Below, in pieces: positions 1 through 7,439 of a DNA stretch of 64,000 nt. The notes under the pieces are model-generated. The model worked only from the letters and a program-made list of their open reading frames with translations, was not told where the DNA came from and searched no databases. Source of the stretch: Sandaracinaceae bacterium (lineage in GTDB: Bacteria; Myxococcota_A; Polyangia; Polyangiales; Houyiibacteriaceae). The first letter of the stretch is position 1, and every line of letters starts with the position of its first letter. The position numbers were made by a program, and so were the translations under genes. The stretch lies in assembly GCA_016706685.1 (NCBI GenBank), contig JADJJE010000001.1, forward strand, positions 577,575 to 641,574. Reading direction: 5' to 3'.

Positions 1-472
1 AGTCCGCGACCACCAGGTCCAATTCGCCCTCGAGCAGCCGCGGCACGAGGTCCTCGGTGGACCCGCTGCGGACGATCACGTCCACCTCCGGGTGGTCCGC
101 ACAGTAGCGCGCCAGCACGAGCGGCAAGCGGCCGAGCGCGACCACGGGGCCCACGCCGACCGCCACGCTGCCCAGCTCACCGCCGGTGTGCAGCTCGACC
201 TCGCGCTGCACGTCGTCTGCCGCGCGCAGGATGGGGGCCGAGCGCGCCAGCACGAGCTGCCCGAGCGGGTTCAGCACCAGGCGCCGGCCGCTGCGCTCGA
301 AGAGCGGGGCCCCGAGCGTCTCTTCGAGCCGCTGGATGGACTTGGTCAGCGCGGACTGGCTGAGGTGCAGCGCCTCGGCGGCGGCCTGCAAGGTGCCTCG
401 CTCGTGCACAGCCACCAGGTGGCGCAGGTGGCGCAGCTCGAACTGCGCGTCAGGAGCATTCCTGTCACTCAT
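1..472 (-). CDS. LysR-family transcriptional regulator, 5' portion (C-terminus lies left of the window)
   Basis: Absent from the ORF track because it runs off the window. The reverse strand from ATG at 472-470 reads MSDRNAPDAQFELRHLRHLVAVHERGTLQAAAEALHLSQSALTKSIQRLEETLGAPLFERSGRRLVLNPLG... This is a canonical LysR winged-HTH followed by the start of the effector domain. It is divergent from the hydroxylase gene. Confidence 0.85.
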   Translation of the reverse strand, partial: MSDRNAPDAQFELRHLRHLVAVHERGTLQAAAEALHLSQSALTKSIQRLEETLGAPLFERSGRRLVLNPLGQLVLARSAPILRAADDVQREVELHTGGELGSVAVGVGPVVALGRLPLVLARYCADHPEVDVIVRSGSTEDLVPRLLEGELDLVVAD

Positions 473-477
473 GTTTA

Positions 478-489
478 TATGAAAACATA
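478..489. promoter_or_regulatory. Interrupted palindrome TATG-AAAA-CATA in the AT-rich LysR/hydroxylase divergent intergenic region (candidate LTTR operator)
   Basis: 473-528 is the only AT-rich stretch in the first 2 kb. The palindrome lies 6 nt from the LysR start codon. It is not a perfect T-N11-A box. Confidence 0.25.
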
Positions 490-528
490 CCACTTCTAAG
501 AATAGTTTGACGCGGGCATCGTGAGGCG

Positions 529-1362
529 ATGGACTACCGCCTCGCCATCCTCGCCGTGTACCTCGGGTTCGCCGCCCTCGAGGCCGTGTCTGGGCGCCAT
601 CGAACGCGGGAGATCACCTCCGCCGACTGGCGCCTCGACCTGGTCTCCACCGCCCTGACGACCGCGCTCGTCAACCCACTCGTCATCGCGAGCTCTGGGG
701 CGCTGCTCGCCGTTGTGCTCCCCGACGCAGCCGGGGCCCTCGCAGACTGGCCGGTCTGGGCCATGGTGCTGGCGCTGCTGGTGGGCGACGACCTGCTGCA
801 ATACGCGTGGCACCGCGCGTCGCACAGCGTGCCCTTCCTGTACACCTTGCACCGAGCGCACCACTCGGCCCGCTACATGAGCGTGCAGATGATGTTTCGC
901 AACAACGTCTTCTACTACGCCTTGATGCCCAGCATGTGGGTGAGCGGGCTGCTCGTGTACCTGGGCATGGGCGAGGTCTACGTGGGCTACCTCGTGGTGA
1001 AGCTCTCCGTCATCGCGGGCGCTCACTCGAGCGTGGCGTGGGACGCGCCTCTGTACCGCGTGCGCACCCTGCGACCGCTGATGTGGGTCGTGGAGCGCGT
1101 CATCTCCACCCCCTCCACCCATCACATGCACCACGGCCGCCACGCAGACGACGGGGTCACGCACTATGCGGGCAACTACGGGAACCTGCTCTTCTTCTGG
1201 GACGTGCTCTTCGGAACCGCGCGCATCACGCGCCGCTACCCGCCGTCGTTCGGTATCGAGAACCTGAGCCCACAGCCCTGGCACGTGGAGCTGAGCTGGC
1301 CCGTGGCGCGCCTGGAGGATGCCTCCGGGCACGTCCCCCACGCGCCCGCGCACGAGAGCTGA
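529..1362 (+). CDS. Fatty acid hydroxylase / sterol desaturase superfamily membrane protein
   Basis: Three histidine boxes (HRASH, HRAHH, HHMHH) and several hydrophobic segments. It has a clean ATG and a 277-aa ORF. Confidence 0.85.
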   Translation: MDYRLAILAVYLGFAALEAVSGRHRTREITSADWRLDLVSTALTTALVNPLVIASSGALLAVVLPDAAGALADWPVWAMVLALLVGDDLLQYAWHRASHSVPFLYTLHRAHHSARYMSVQMMFRNNVFYYALMPSMWVSGLLVYLGMGEVYVGYLVVKLSVIAGAHSSVAWDAPLYRVRTLRPLMWVVERVISTPSTHHMHHGRHADDGVTHYAGNYGNLLFFWDVLFGTARITRRYPPSFGIENLSPQPWHVELSWPVARLEDASGHVPHAPAHES

Positions 1363-1418
1363 CCCGGCCGGGGAGCCTTTCCGACCCCACGGCCGCGCAT
1401 GAGTGGCATCCTCGCACC

Positions 1419-1997
1419 GTGAGGTCCCTCGGTGCACTCGCGACGGGCGCTGATGACGGGCGCTGGCACCTCGCGGTGGGCGACCCCACCTGGACGGCAT
1501 GGCTTGCGGTCGCCGCATACGCCGTTGCCGCGTGGCTGTGTGTGCGCGCCGCTCGTGCTCCGCGGGAGACGGACCCCGCAGCCCGACGCCTCGCGCTCTT
1601 CTGGCTGCTGGCCGGCGCCCTGTTGCTGACCCTCGGGGCGAACAAGCAGCTGGACCTCCAGACACTCTTCGTCGAGGCGCTGCGCGACCGCGCCCAGGAG
1701 CAGGGCTGGTACCAGGAGCGGCGGCTCTATCAGCGCTGGTTCGTGGGCGGCTTGGGGATCGCGGCCGTGCTGGGCTTGGTTGCGCTCGCAGTCGGACTCT
1801 GGCCCGTGCGGCGGCGTGTGCGGCTCGCGCTCCTGGGCTTGGGTGGGTTGTTGGGCTTCGTGCTGATGCGGGCCGCCATGTTTCAGCACGTGGGGCCGGG
1901 CTGGTTGGCGCACAGCGCTCCCGCGCACGCTGGGATCGAGCTGCTCAGCGTGGGCCTGCTGGCGTGGGCCGCGTGGCGCGCGGGGCCGCAGCCGTAG
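1419..1997 (+). CDS. Hypothetical integral membrane protein
   Basis: This is the downstream part of track ORF 807-1997; the upstream part of that ORF is an alternate frame of the hydroxylase gene. There is an in-frame GTG at 1419. The product has about 5 hydrophobic helices (WLAVAAYAVAAWLCV, LALFWLLAGALLLTLG, GLGIAAVLGLVALAVGLW, LALLGLGGLLGFVLM, IELLSVGLLAWAAW). No family recognised; start uncertain. Confidence 0.45.
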   Translation: MRSLGALATGADDGRWHLAVGDPTWTAWLAVAAYAVAAWLCVRAARAPRETDPAARRLALFWLLAGALLLTLGANKQLDLQTLFVEALRDRAQEQGWYQERRLYQRWFVGGLGIAAVLGLVALAVGLWPVRRRVRLALLGLGGLLGFVLMRAAMFQHVGPGWLAHSAPAHAGIELLSVGLLAWAAWRAGPQP

Positions 1998-2046
1998 AGG
2001 TGGCGCACGAGGGATGCGGCTGCCCGATGCGAACGAGCTGCGGGGC

Positions 2047-3666
2047 TCAGTTTCTCGCGTCGAACAGCGTCGCTTCGTCGACAGGCTCTGTGCCAGCGTC
2101 GGCCGTCCATGTGCCGGCGTCAACCGGCTCTGTGCCGGCATCGACCGCCTGTGGGCCGGCGTCGACCGCTTCCATGCTGCCACTGCCCCATCGGTCACGC
2201 GAATGCGCGCGTGCCTCGGTCGCGCCATCGCCTCCCGTCGCGGCCAGAATAGGAGGAACGGGCGACCCGTCCGCCGAGCCGGCGGTGTGAGCGACGACCG
2301 ACCAGGACGATGCCGGGGATCCAACGTCGGAAGGGGGCGCGCTCGTGTCGGGCGCGGCCGCCGCCACCGTGACCACGCCGCCCTCGGCGCGAATGCCTCC
2401 CGGCTGCGTGGGTCGGTACGCGACCGTGGGGACGAGGAAGAGCAGGAGCGGGGCGAGCGCGAACATGGCGGCACGCCGCCAACGACCCCACCTGGGCAGT
2501 AGAGAAGCGAACAAGGCGGAGGCCTCGAGCTCGTCCAGATCGTCGTCGTGGGCGGCGTCGACCACCGAGCGTGCGCCGCCGCGGTCTGGATCGATGCGAC
2601 GGGTCACCGCCTCGGCGTCGACGGAGACGAGGAGCAAGGGGGTGGCGGGGCGTACGCGCACAGGCGGCGGCTCGTGCCCAGAGGGCATGAGCGCGGGGGC
2701 CGGACTCGACTGCCGTACCTCCACGCGGTGCGCGCTGGAGAGCGAGAGCTCGTCCGAGTCGCGGACGATCTTCGGCGGCACGGAGCGACTGCGCGATGGC
2801 ACGAACTCGACCTGCGAGGCTGCGGCAAGCGCGTCGCGGAAGGCGGCGCCGTCCGGGAAACGCGCCACGGGATTGCGCACGAGCGTGCTCTCGACGAGTC
2901 TGGCGATGGGCTCCGGCACGTCGAGACGCTCGCGGAGCGAGGGAATCGGGCGCGAGGCGATAGCGAGGATCGCGCCCGTCAGCGACTCGCTCTCGAAGGG
3001 GCAGTAGCCGGTGATGCACTCGAAAAGCACCACGCCGAGCGACCACACGTCCGACGCCGGCCCCGCCTGGAAGCCCTGCGCGTGCTCCGGGCTCAGATAC
3101 CCGGGGGTGCCCATGATGACCCCGGGACTCGTCACGCCACCCCTGCGCTCGGAGAAGCACGCGATGCCGAAGTCCAGGAGCTTCGGGCGCACATAGCCCA
3201 TTCCGTCGTCTTCGAGGAAGATGTTGTCGGGCTTCACGTCACGATGAACGATGCCGAGTCGATGCGCGGCGGCGAGCGCGTCGGCCACTGGGAGCAGGAT
3301 CATGGCGGCTTGCATCGTATCGAGCGGGCCGTTCTCCTCGAGCCTGTCGGCGAGTGACTCGCCGCGCAGCAACTCGAAGACCATGTAGACGGACGCATCG
3401 TCGTGCCGCCCCATGTCGAGGACTTCGACCACGTTCGGGTGTTCGATGGCGGTGGCCGAGCGAGCCTCTTGGAGGAAGCGGTGACTGGCGTCGACGTCCA
3501 ACGCCATCTCGTTCAGGAGGAGCTTCACCGCGACGTGGCGTCCGGTCCACGTGTGGATCGCTTCGAAGACGGTGCCCATCCCGCCGCGGCCGAGAACGCG
3601 CTCCAGCGTGTACTTTCCGTCCCCGATGGTCGTGCCGATTCGTTCTTGGTCCGTGAGAATAGGCAT
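2047..3666 (-). CDS. Serine/threonine protein kinase with C-terminal TM segment and repeat tail
   Basis: GRGGMGTVF...VAVK ATP site, HRDVKPDNIF catalytic loop, DFG, GTPGYLSPE. A TM helix AAMFALAPLLLFLVPTVAY is followed by an xxVDAGT heptad tail. ATG at 3666 (MPILTDQERIG) chosen; starts at 3717 or 3753 are possible. Confidence 0.9.
   Translation of the reverse strand: MPILTDQERIGTTIGDGKYTLERVLGRGGMGTVFEAIHTWTGRHVAVKLLLNEMALDVDASHRFLQEARSATAIEHPNVVEVLDMGRHDDASVYMVFELLRGESLADRLEENGPLDTMQAAMILLPVADALAAAHRLGIVHRDVKPDNIFLEDDGMGYVRPKLLDFGIACFSERRGGVTSPGVIMGTPGYLSPEHAQGFQAGPASDVWSLGVVLFECITGYCPFESESLTGAILAIASRPIPSLRERLDVPEPIARLVESTLVRNPVARFPDGAAFRDALAAASQVEFVPSRSRSVPPKIVRDSDELSLSSAHRVEVRQSSPAPALMPSGHEPPPVRVRPATPLLLVSVDAEAVTRRIDPDRGGARSVVDAAHDDDLDELEASALFASLLPRWGRWRRAAMFALAPLLLFLVPTVAYRPTQPGGIRAEGGVVTVAAAAPDTSAPPSDVGSPASSWSVVAHTAGSADGSPVPPILAATGGDGATEARAHSRDRWGSGSMEAVDAGPQAVDAGTEPVDAGTWTADAGTEPVDEATLFDARN
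2077..2181. repeat. Five tandem 21-nt units inside the kinase 3' end (encode xxVDAGT heptads)
   Basis: The units are gtcgacaggctctgtgccagc / gtcggccgtccatgtgccggc / gtcaaccggctctgtgccggc / atcgaccgcctgtgggccggc / gtcgaccgcttccatgctgcc. The protein reads EAVDAGPQAVDAGTEPVDAGTWTADAGTEPVDEAT. Confidence 0.8.
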
Positions 3667-3891
3667 CAAAGCATCGAGTCCGATGGCCCTCGTGCAAGTA
3701 GCGCGCCGTTGCTCCATCGCTTCGTGCGCAGTCGAGAGGTGTGGCACTCGCACCTGCTGCGAAGAGGAGGGTGCGCAGCGTCGTCCCCCCCCGATGGGCC
3801 TCGGTGCTCTTGGTGCATGGCCACCAGATCGATGTAGCCCGTTGGTCAGAATGACGTGGCGGTCGGTGTCGTGAGGGCAGCGGCTGCGCCG

Positions 3892-4953
3892 TCATGGCGG
3901 CGGCGGGTAGACCTGCCAGAGCTGCGGGCCGTCGCCGTAGGTCGTCATCTCGAAGCCGGCGGCGAGCGCGCGCGCGTGCATGGCGAGCGCGTCCGCGCGG
4001 CGCGGGAAGATCAGCCGCACCGACTTGACCGGCGTGCCATCGGGTAGCGCGCCCGCGCGGGCGATGGCCTCGGCTGCGGCCCAGCGGTCCTCTTCGATCG
4101 AGCCGTCGGGGAACACCACCAGCGCCTGGTGGCCGACCTGGGTCTCATCGTTGTAGAAGGTCATCCCTTCGACGACCCGTAGGCGAGGCGAGGAGAGTGC
4201 GCCCACCGCGCCGTCGCCATGCTCGTTCCAGCCGCGTTCGGGCGGGGCCTGCACCAGCGGCGTGATCCAGCGCTCGTGCGCCGACCGCGCGGCTGCCACC
4301 GCAGCGGCGTCCTGTAGGTCGGTCGCGAACGCGATGTGCACGACGTCGCGATCGATGATGCGCGACGCGCCTTGCGGCAGGGGTGCTTGCTCGAGTGCCT
4401 CGAGGACCGCCGCGCACTCCGCATCGGCGCGGTGCCAGGCACGGCCCAGGTACTGGTCGAGCGAGCCTGGCGGCCAGTCCAGCGAGGTGCGGGGCGGCGT
4501 CGGTCGCGGGTAGGTCGCGCGCGCCGGCTCGAAGCGCCCGGTCGCAAACCGCACGCGGGCTGCGGCCAGCCCGTGGCTCCACGTCCTCACCCAGCGTGCC
4601 ACGTCGTCGCGGAACCGTGGATCAGCGCCCGCCACCGCAACGGCGAACCGCGGCCCCACGGGTTCGAGGCCCAGGAAGATCTCGAACTCCGGGTCGGCCG
4701 GGTCGCCCGCGAACAGCGAGACGATGCCGTAGCGCCACGCCGCAGCGCGCCGGCGCAGCTCTGCCATGGAGTGGATGGGCTCGGGTGGCGCAAAGTCGTG
4801 CGAGACGTGGGTTGCCCGGCCGAGGTATCCGTCGGCCGCGAGCGGAGCGAGCAGCGTGTCGACGACGACCTCCGTGGTGAGCCACTGCTTCACCGCCTCG
4901 GCATCGGCGTAGCACTTCATGCGGATCACGAAGCCGTCGGCGTTGTAGCCCAT
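3892..4953 (-). CDS. Hypothetical cytoplasmic protein (353 aa), no recognised domain
   Basis: Track ORF 3892-5100. The first ATG not overlapping the upstream gene is at 4953 (MGYNADGFVIRMKCYADAEAV...). No signal peptide, no TM, no motif I recognise. It lies on the same strand, 91 nt downstream of the HTTM gene. Confidence 0.6.
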   Translation of the reverse strand: MGYNADGFVIRMKCYADAEAVKQWLTTEVVVDTLLAPLAADGYLGRATHVSHDFAPPEPIHSMAELRRRAAAWRYGIVSLFAGDPADPEFEIFLGLEPVGPRFAVAVAGADPRFRDDVARWVRTWSHGLAAARVRFATGRFEPARATYPRPTPPRTSLDWPPGSLDQYLGRAWHRADAECAAVLEALEQAPLPQGASRIIDRDVVHIAFATDLQDAAAVAAARSAHERWITPLVQAPPERGWNEHGDGAVGALSSPRLRVVEGMTFYNDETQVGHQALVVFPDGSIEEDRWAAAEAIARAGALPDGTPVKSVRLIFPRRADALAMHARALAAGFEMTTYGDGPQLWQVYPPPP

Positions 4954-5044
4954 GCGCCGCACTCTAGCGGGGTCCCTCGACCCTGGCGACGACCGTGTGA
5001 TTTCGCTGCACCCTCGGCCGGGGTGGCACGCATGGCCTCCCCTG

Positions 5045-5947
5045 TCAGGCCGTGAGTTCGGAAGCCGGAGGCGTCTCGCCGAAAGGATAGAAGAGCGCAA
5101 AGAGGAGCGCCGGGGTGACCCAGAAATTCACTTCTGCGAAGATTGCGCTCGACCAGTGGAACACGGTCATCGCGACCAGGAACGCGAGGATCGCGCGCTT
5201 CGCGCGCAGGAAGAACACGAGCGGGAAGCCGAGCTCCATCACCAGGATGCTGAGGACGGTGAAGTGACAGAGTAGCGGGTTCTCTGCGAACCAGCCGAGT
5301 GTGCCGTCGTCGATGCCCCAGCGCGTACCCTTCATGATGAGCATCTTCTGGATCGCGGTTCCGTCGAGCACCCAGTCGAGCCCGCTCACCCGGAGCTTGG
5401 CGAGACCTGCCACGAAGTAGAACCCGCAAACGTAGGTCTGCGCGGCTCGAATCGGCCAAGACGTTTGCCAGGCTTCGAGCGGTGGGTCGACGGGAAGACG
5501 GCCGGCGCCGCGAATCTCCGGAAACCGTGAGAACGCGAGCAGCAGGAGCGCGTGAAACCACATGTAGAAGCGGTGGTGCTCGTCGCCTGCCGTGCTGTCG
5601 CGGACGCCTTGCAGGTAGAGAAAAGACACGCAGATGATCGCGATGGCCGCCCGGACGCGGAATCCGACGAGGAGAGCCAGGTTGCCGACCATCAGGAGGC
5701 CGAACGCGAGAAGGACCGTCACGGGATGCGCGCGATCGATCCCGAAGACGTGAAAGAACCAGACCGGCTCGAGCAAGCGCATCGTTGGGCCGGCGAAGTC
5801 GATGGTGAAGAGCGTGTGAAAGTCGCTTCCGCTCAAGACCATGAGCCCCACCGCCAGCACGACACGCGCGCGAACGAGCCGCTGCACGCTCACGGGGTGC
5901 TCGAAGAAGTGGCGGTTCCAGGACCTGCGCGCTCGCTCTAGTAGCAC
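5045..5947 (-). CDS. HTTM-domain (vitamin K-dependent gamma-carboxylase-like / SdpB-like) polytopic membrane protein
   Basis: The segment IRAAQTYVCGFYFVAGLAKLRVSGLDWVLDGTAIQ matches the HTTM signature (vYffaGlaKl..dWl.G.al). There are multiple TM helices. An in-frame GTG at 5947 overlaps the upstream gene stop (GTGCTACTAG), giving a 300-aa product. The track ORF N-terminus (to 6172) is Arg/Gly-rich junk overlapping the upstream gene. Confidence 0.75.
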   Translation of the reverse strand: MLLERARRSWNRHFFEHPVSVQRLVRARVVLAVGLMVLSGSDFHTLFTIDFAGPTMRLLEPVWFFHVFGIDRAHPVTVLLAFGLLMVGNLALLVGFRVRAAIAIICVSFLYLQGVRDSTAGDEHHRFYMWFHALLLLAFSRFPEIRGAGRLPVDPPLEAWQTSWPIRAAQTYVCGFYFVAGLAKLRVSGLDWVLDGTAIQKMLIMKGTRWGIDDGTLGWFAENPLLCHFTVLSILVMELGFPLVFFLRAKRAILAFLVAMTVFHWSSAIFAEVNFWVTPALLFALFYPFGETPPASELTA

Positions 5948-6546
5948 TCGAGACCCCGCGGCGGCTCGTGGTCGAGCGTCATGCTCACCGCCCCGTTCTC
6001 CCAACGAAGCGTCGAGACGTTCTCGTACGGCGCTCCGACGAGGCGCGGGTTGCCGTGAAGGTCCACGACCTCGACGAGACTTCGCCGCGCCCTCATCTCG
6101 ACGATGAAGCGGGGATCCTCCGGCCGAAGACCCAGCGTCTCGTTGGCCGCCGTCATGATCCGGCTTGCCCAATCGACGCGCACGAGGTCGATCTGCCCGG
6201 CGTCATCGACGGCGCGTCGATGCTTCGGTGGGCCGAGCCCGAACGCGCGCTGAGTGAAGATCTTTCCGAACGCGCGGAAGGGGATGTTCATGTCCACATG
6301 GGAGAGCCATCCCGTGCTCCCGTCGCGGCGGACAATCTCGAAGCCGCGTGTACGAACCGACTCCCCGTCGAAGACCGAGACCCACATCGAGTCCGAGCTC
6401 CGATTCATCGCGTACATCGGCGCCCACGACAGTGGGAACCGGTCGATGCGGAGCGCCGTCGGAATGACCAGCGCGATGAGGAAGTAGAGCGCGAGGGCGA
6501 TTGACGCTCTGGTGGGTGGGCGGCTGACCGACACGGCACGCAACAT
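5938..6546 (-). CDS. Hypothetical N-terminally membrane-anchored protein, translationally coupled to the HTTM gene
   Basis: Track ORF 5938-6585. The second ATG (6546, MLRAVSVSRPPTRASIALALYFLIALVIPTAL...) is preceded by a G-rich SD-like run; ATG 6585 is an alternative. It has a single N-terminal TM followed by a soluble domain. Its stop overlaps the HTTM start. Confidence 0.6.
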   Translation of the reverse strand: MLRAVSVSRPPTRASIALALYFLIALVIPTALRIDRFPLSWAPMYAMNRSSDSMWVSVFDGESVRTRGFEIVRRDGSTGWLSHVDMNIPFRAFGKIFTQRAFGLGPPKHRRAVDDAGQIDLVRVDWASRIMTAANETLGLRPEDPRFIVEMRARRSLVEVVDLHGNPRLVGAPYENVSTLRWENGAVSMTLDHEPPRGLECY

Positions 6547-6669
6547 ATCGGGCTCAGCCCCCCCGGAAGGAATTTTTTGTCCCATGGGCGGCGGGGTGGG
6601 CCGCGGGAATGCGCTGCCCGGGCCGTCGCCCTCGGGCCGAACTCGGGGTCCCGTCCCCGCCCCTGCCGC

Positions 6670-7311
6670 TCAGCTCTCGTGCTCGCGGGGCGCCGCCGTC
6701 TTCGCGCGCACCTCGAGCTCGAGTTCGGCCTCCACCTCGCTCATGGCGGCACTCACCTCGTCCACGCGCACCCGCGTGCCGAGCGCCTGCGCCCTGCGAG
6801 CCCCAGCGCGGATGATGCCCGCCAGGTTCTCGGGGGCCTCCGACGCCACGTAGGCCACGTGGTCCTTGCCGCCCGCGTCCACCCACTCCACGCACAGGAT
6901 GGGCTTGCTGGGGTGAATCGCCGCGAAGGCGCCCTTGCCCTCGTTGATCACGCGCTGGCGCGCCGCAGGGTCGTACTTGGTGAGCGTGACCTGCGTGACC
7001 CCTGCGAGCGGGATGCGCAGCTCGTGACGCACCCCGGCGTGGCACACCACCTCGCTCTTGGTGACGATGGTGCGCAGCACGCTGCCCGCCACGCTCGCGA
7101 AGCCCAGCGTCGCGGCCACCAGCGCGAAGAAGGCGCCGCCAGCTAGCGCTTGGAGGTCGCCACCGGCGGCGGCCACGAAGCCCACCACGGAGAAGCCAGC
7201 GCTCGCGAGCGACAGCGTGCCCACGAGCAGGAATGCACCGCGGAAGGTCACCTTCTCGCTGTGCACCACGTCCTCCACGCCCAGGTACTGCCGCTCGAAC
7301 TCGTCGGTCAT
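6670..7311 (-). CDS. Hypothetical membrane protein: two-TM hairpin followed by a PH-like (bPH_2/YdbS-like) domain and an acidic coiled tail
   Basis: ATG at 7311 (MTDEFERQYLGVEDVV...). TM1 is FLLVGTLSLASAGFSVVGFVAAA and TM2 is AFFALVAATLGFASVAGSVL, followed by TIVTKSEVVCHAGVRHELRIPLAGVTQVTLTKY. The architecture resembles membrane-flanked bacterial PH domains; family assignment is by eye only. Confidence 0.55.
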   Translation of the reverse strand: MTDEFERQYLGVEDVVHSEKVTFRGAFLLVGTLSLASAGFSVVGFVAAAGGDLQALAGGAFFALVAATLGFASVAGSVLRTIVTKSEVVCHAGVRHELRIPLAGVTQVTLTKYDPAARQRVINEGKGAFAAIHPSKPILCVEWVDAGGKDHVAYVASEAPENLAGIIRAGARRAQALGTRVRVDEVSAAMSEVEAELELEVRAKTAAPREHES

Positions 7312-7439
7312 GCTTCCACCCACCAGCAAGAGTGCCACAGCGGGCCGGGCTCCGCTCGAGAACGGGGGTGGCCCCGAGGCGCGCTGAGCGCGGTCCTCGG
7401 AGCCGGAGGGAAGCAGTGGGTCCTGGGCGCCTGACGTTC

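Noticed and set aside
807-1997. 396-aa ORF spanning the hydroxylase gene and the following membrane protein
   Set aside because: Its first ~200 codons are an alternate frame of the histidine-box hydroxylase gene. Only the part from about 1419 onward has membrane-protein character.
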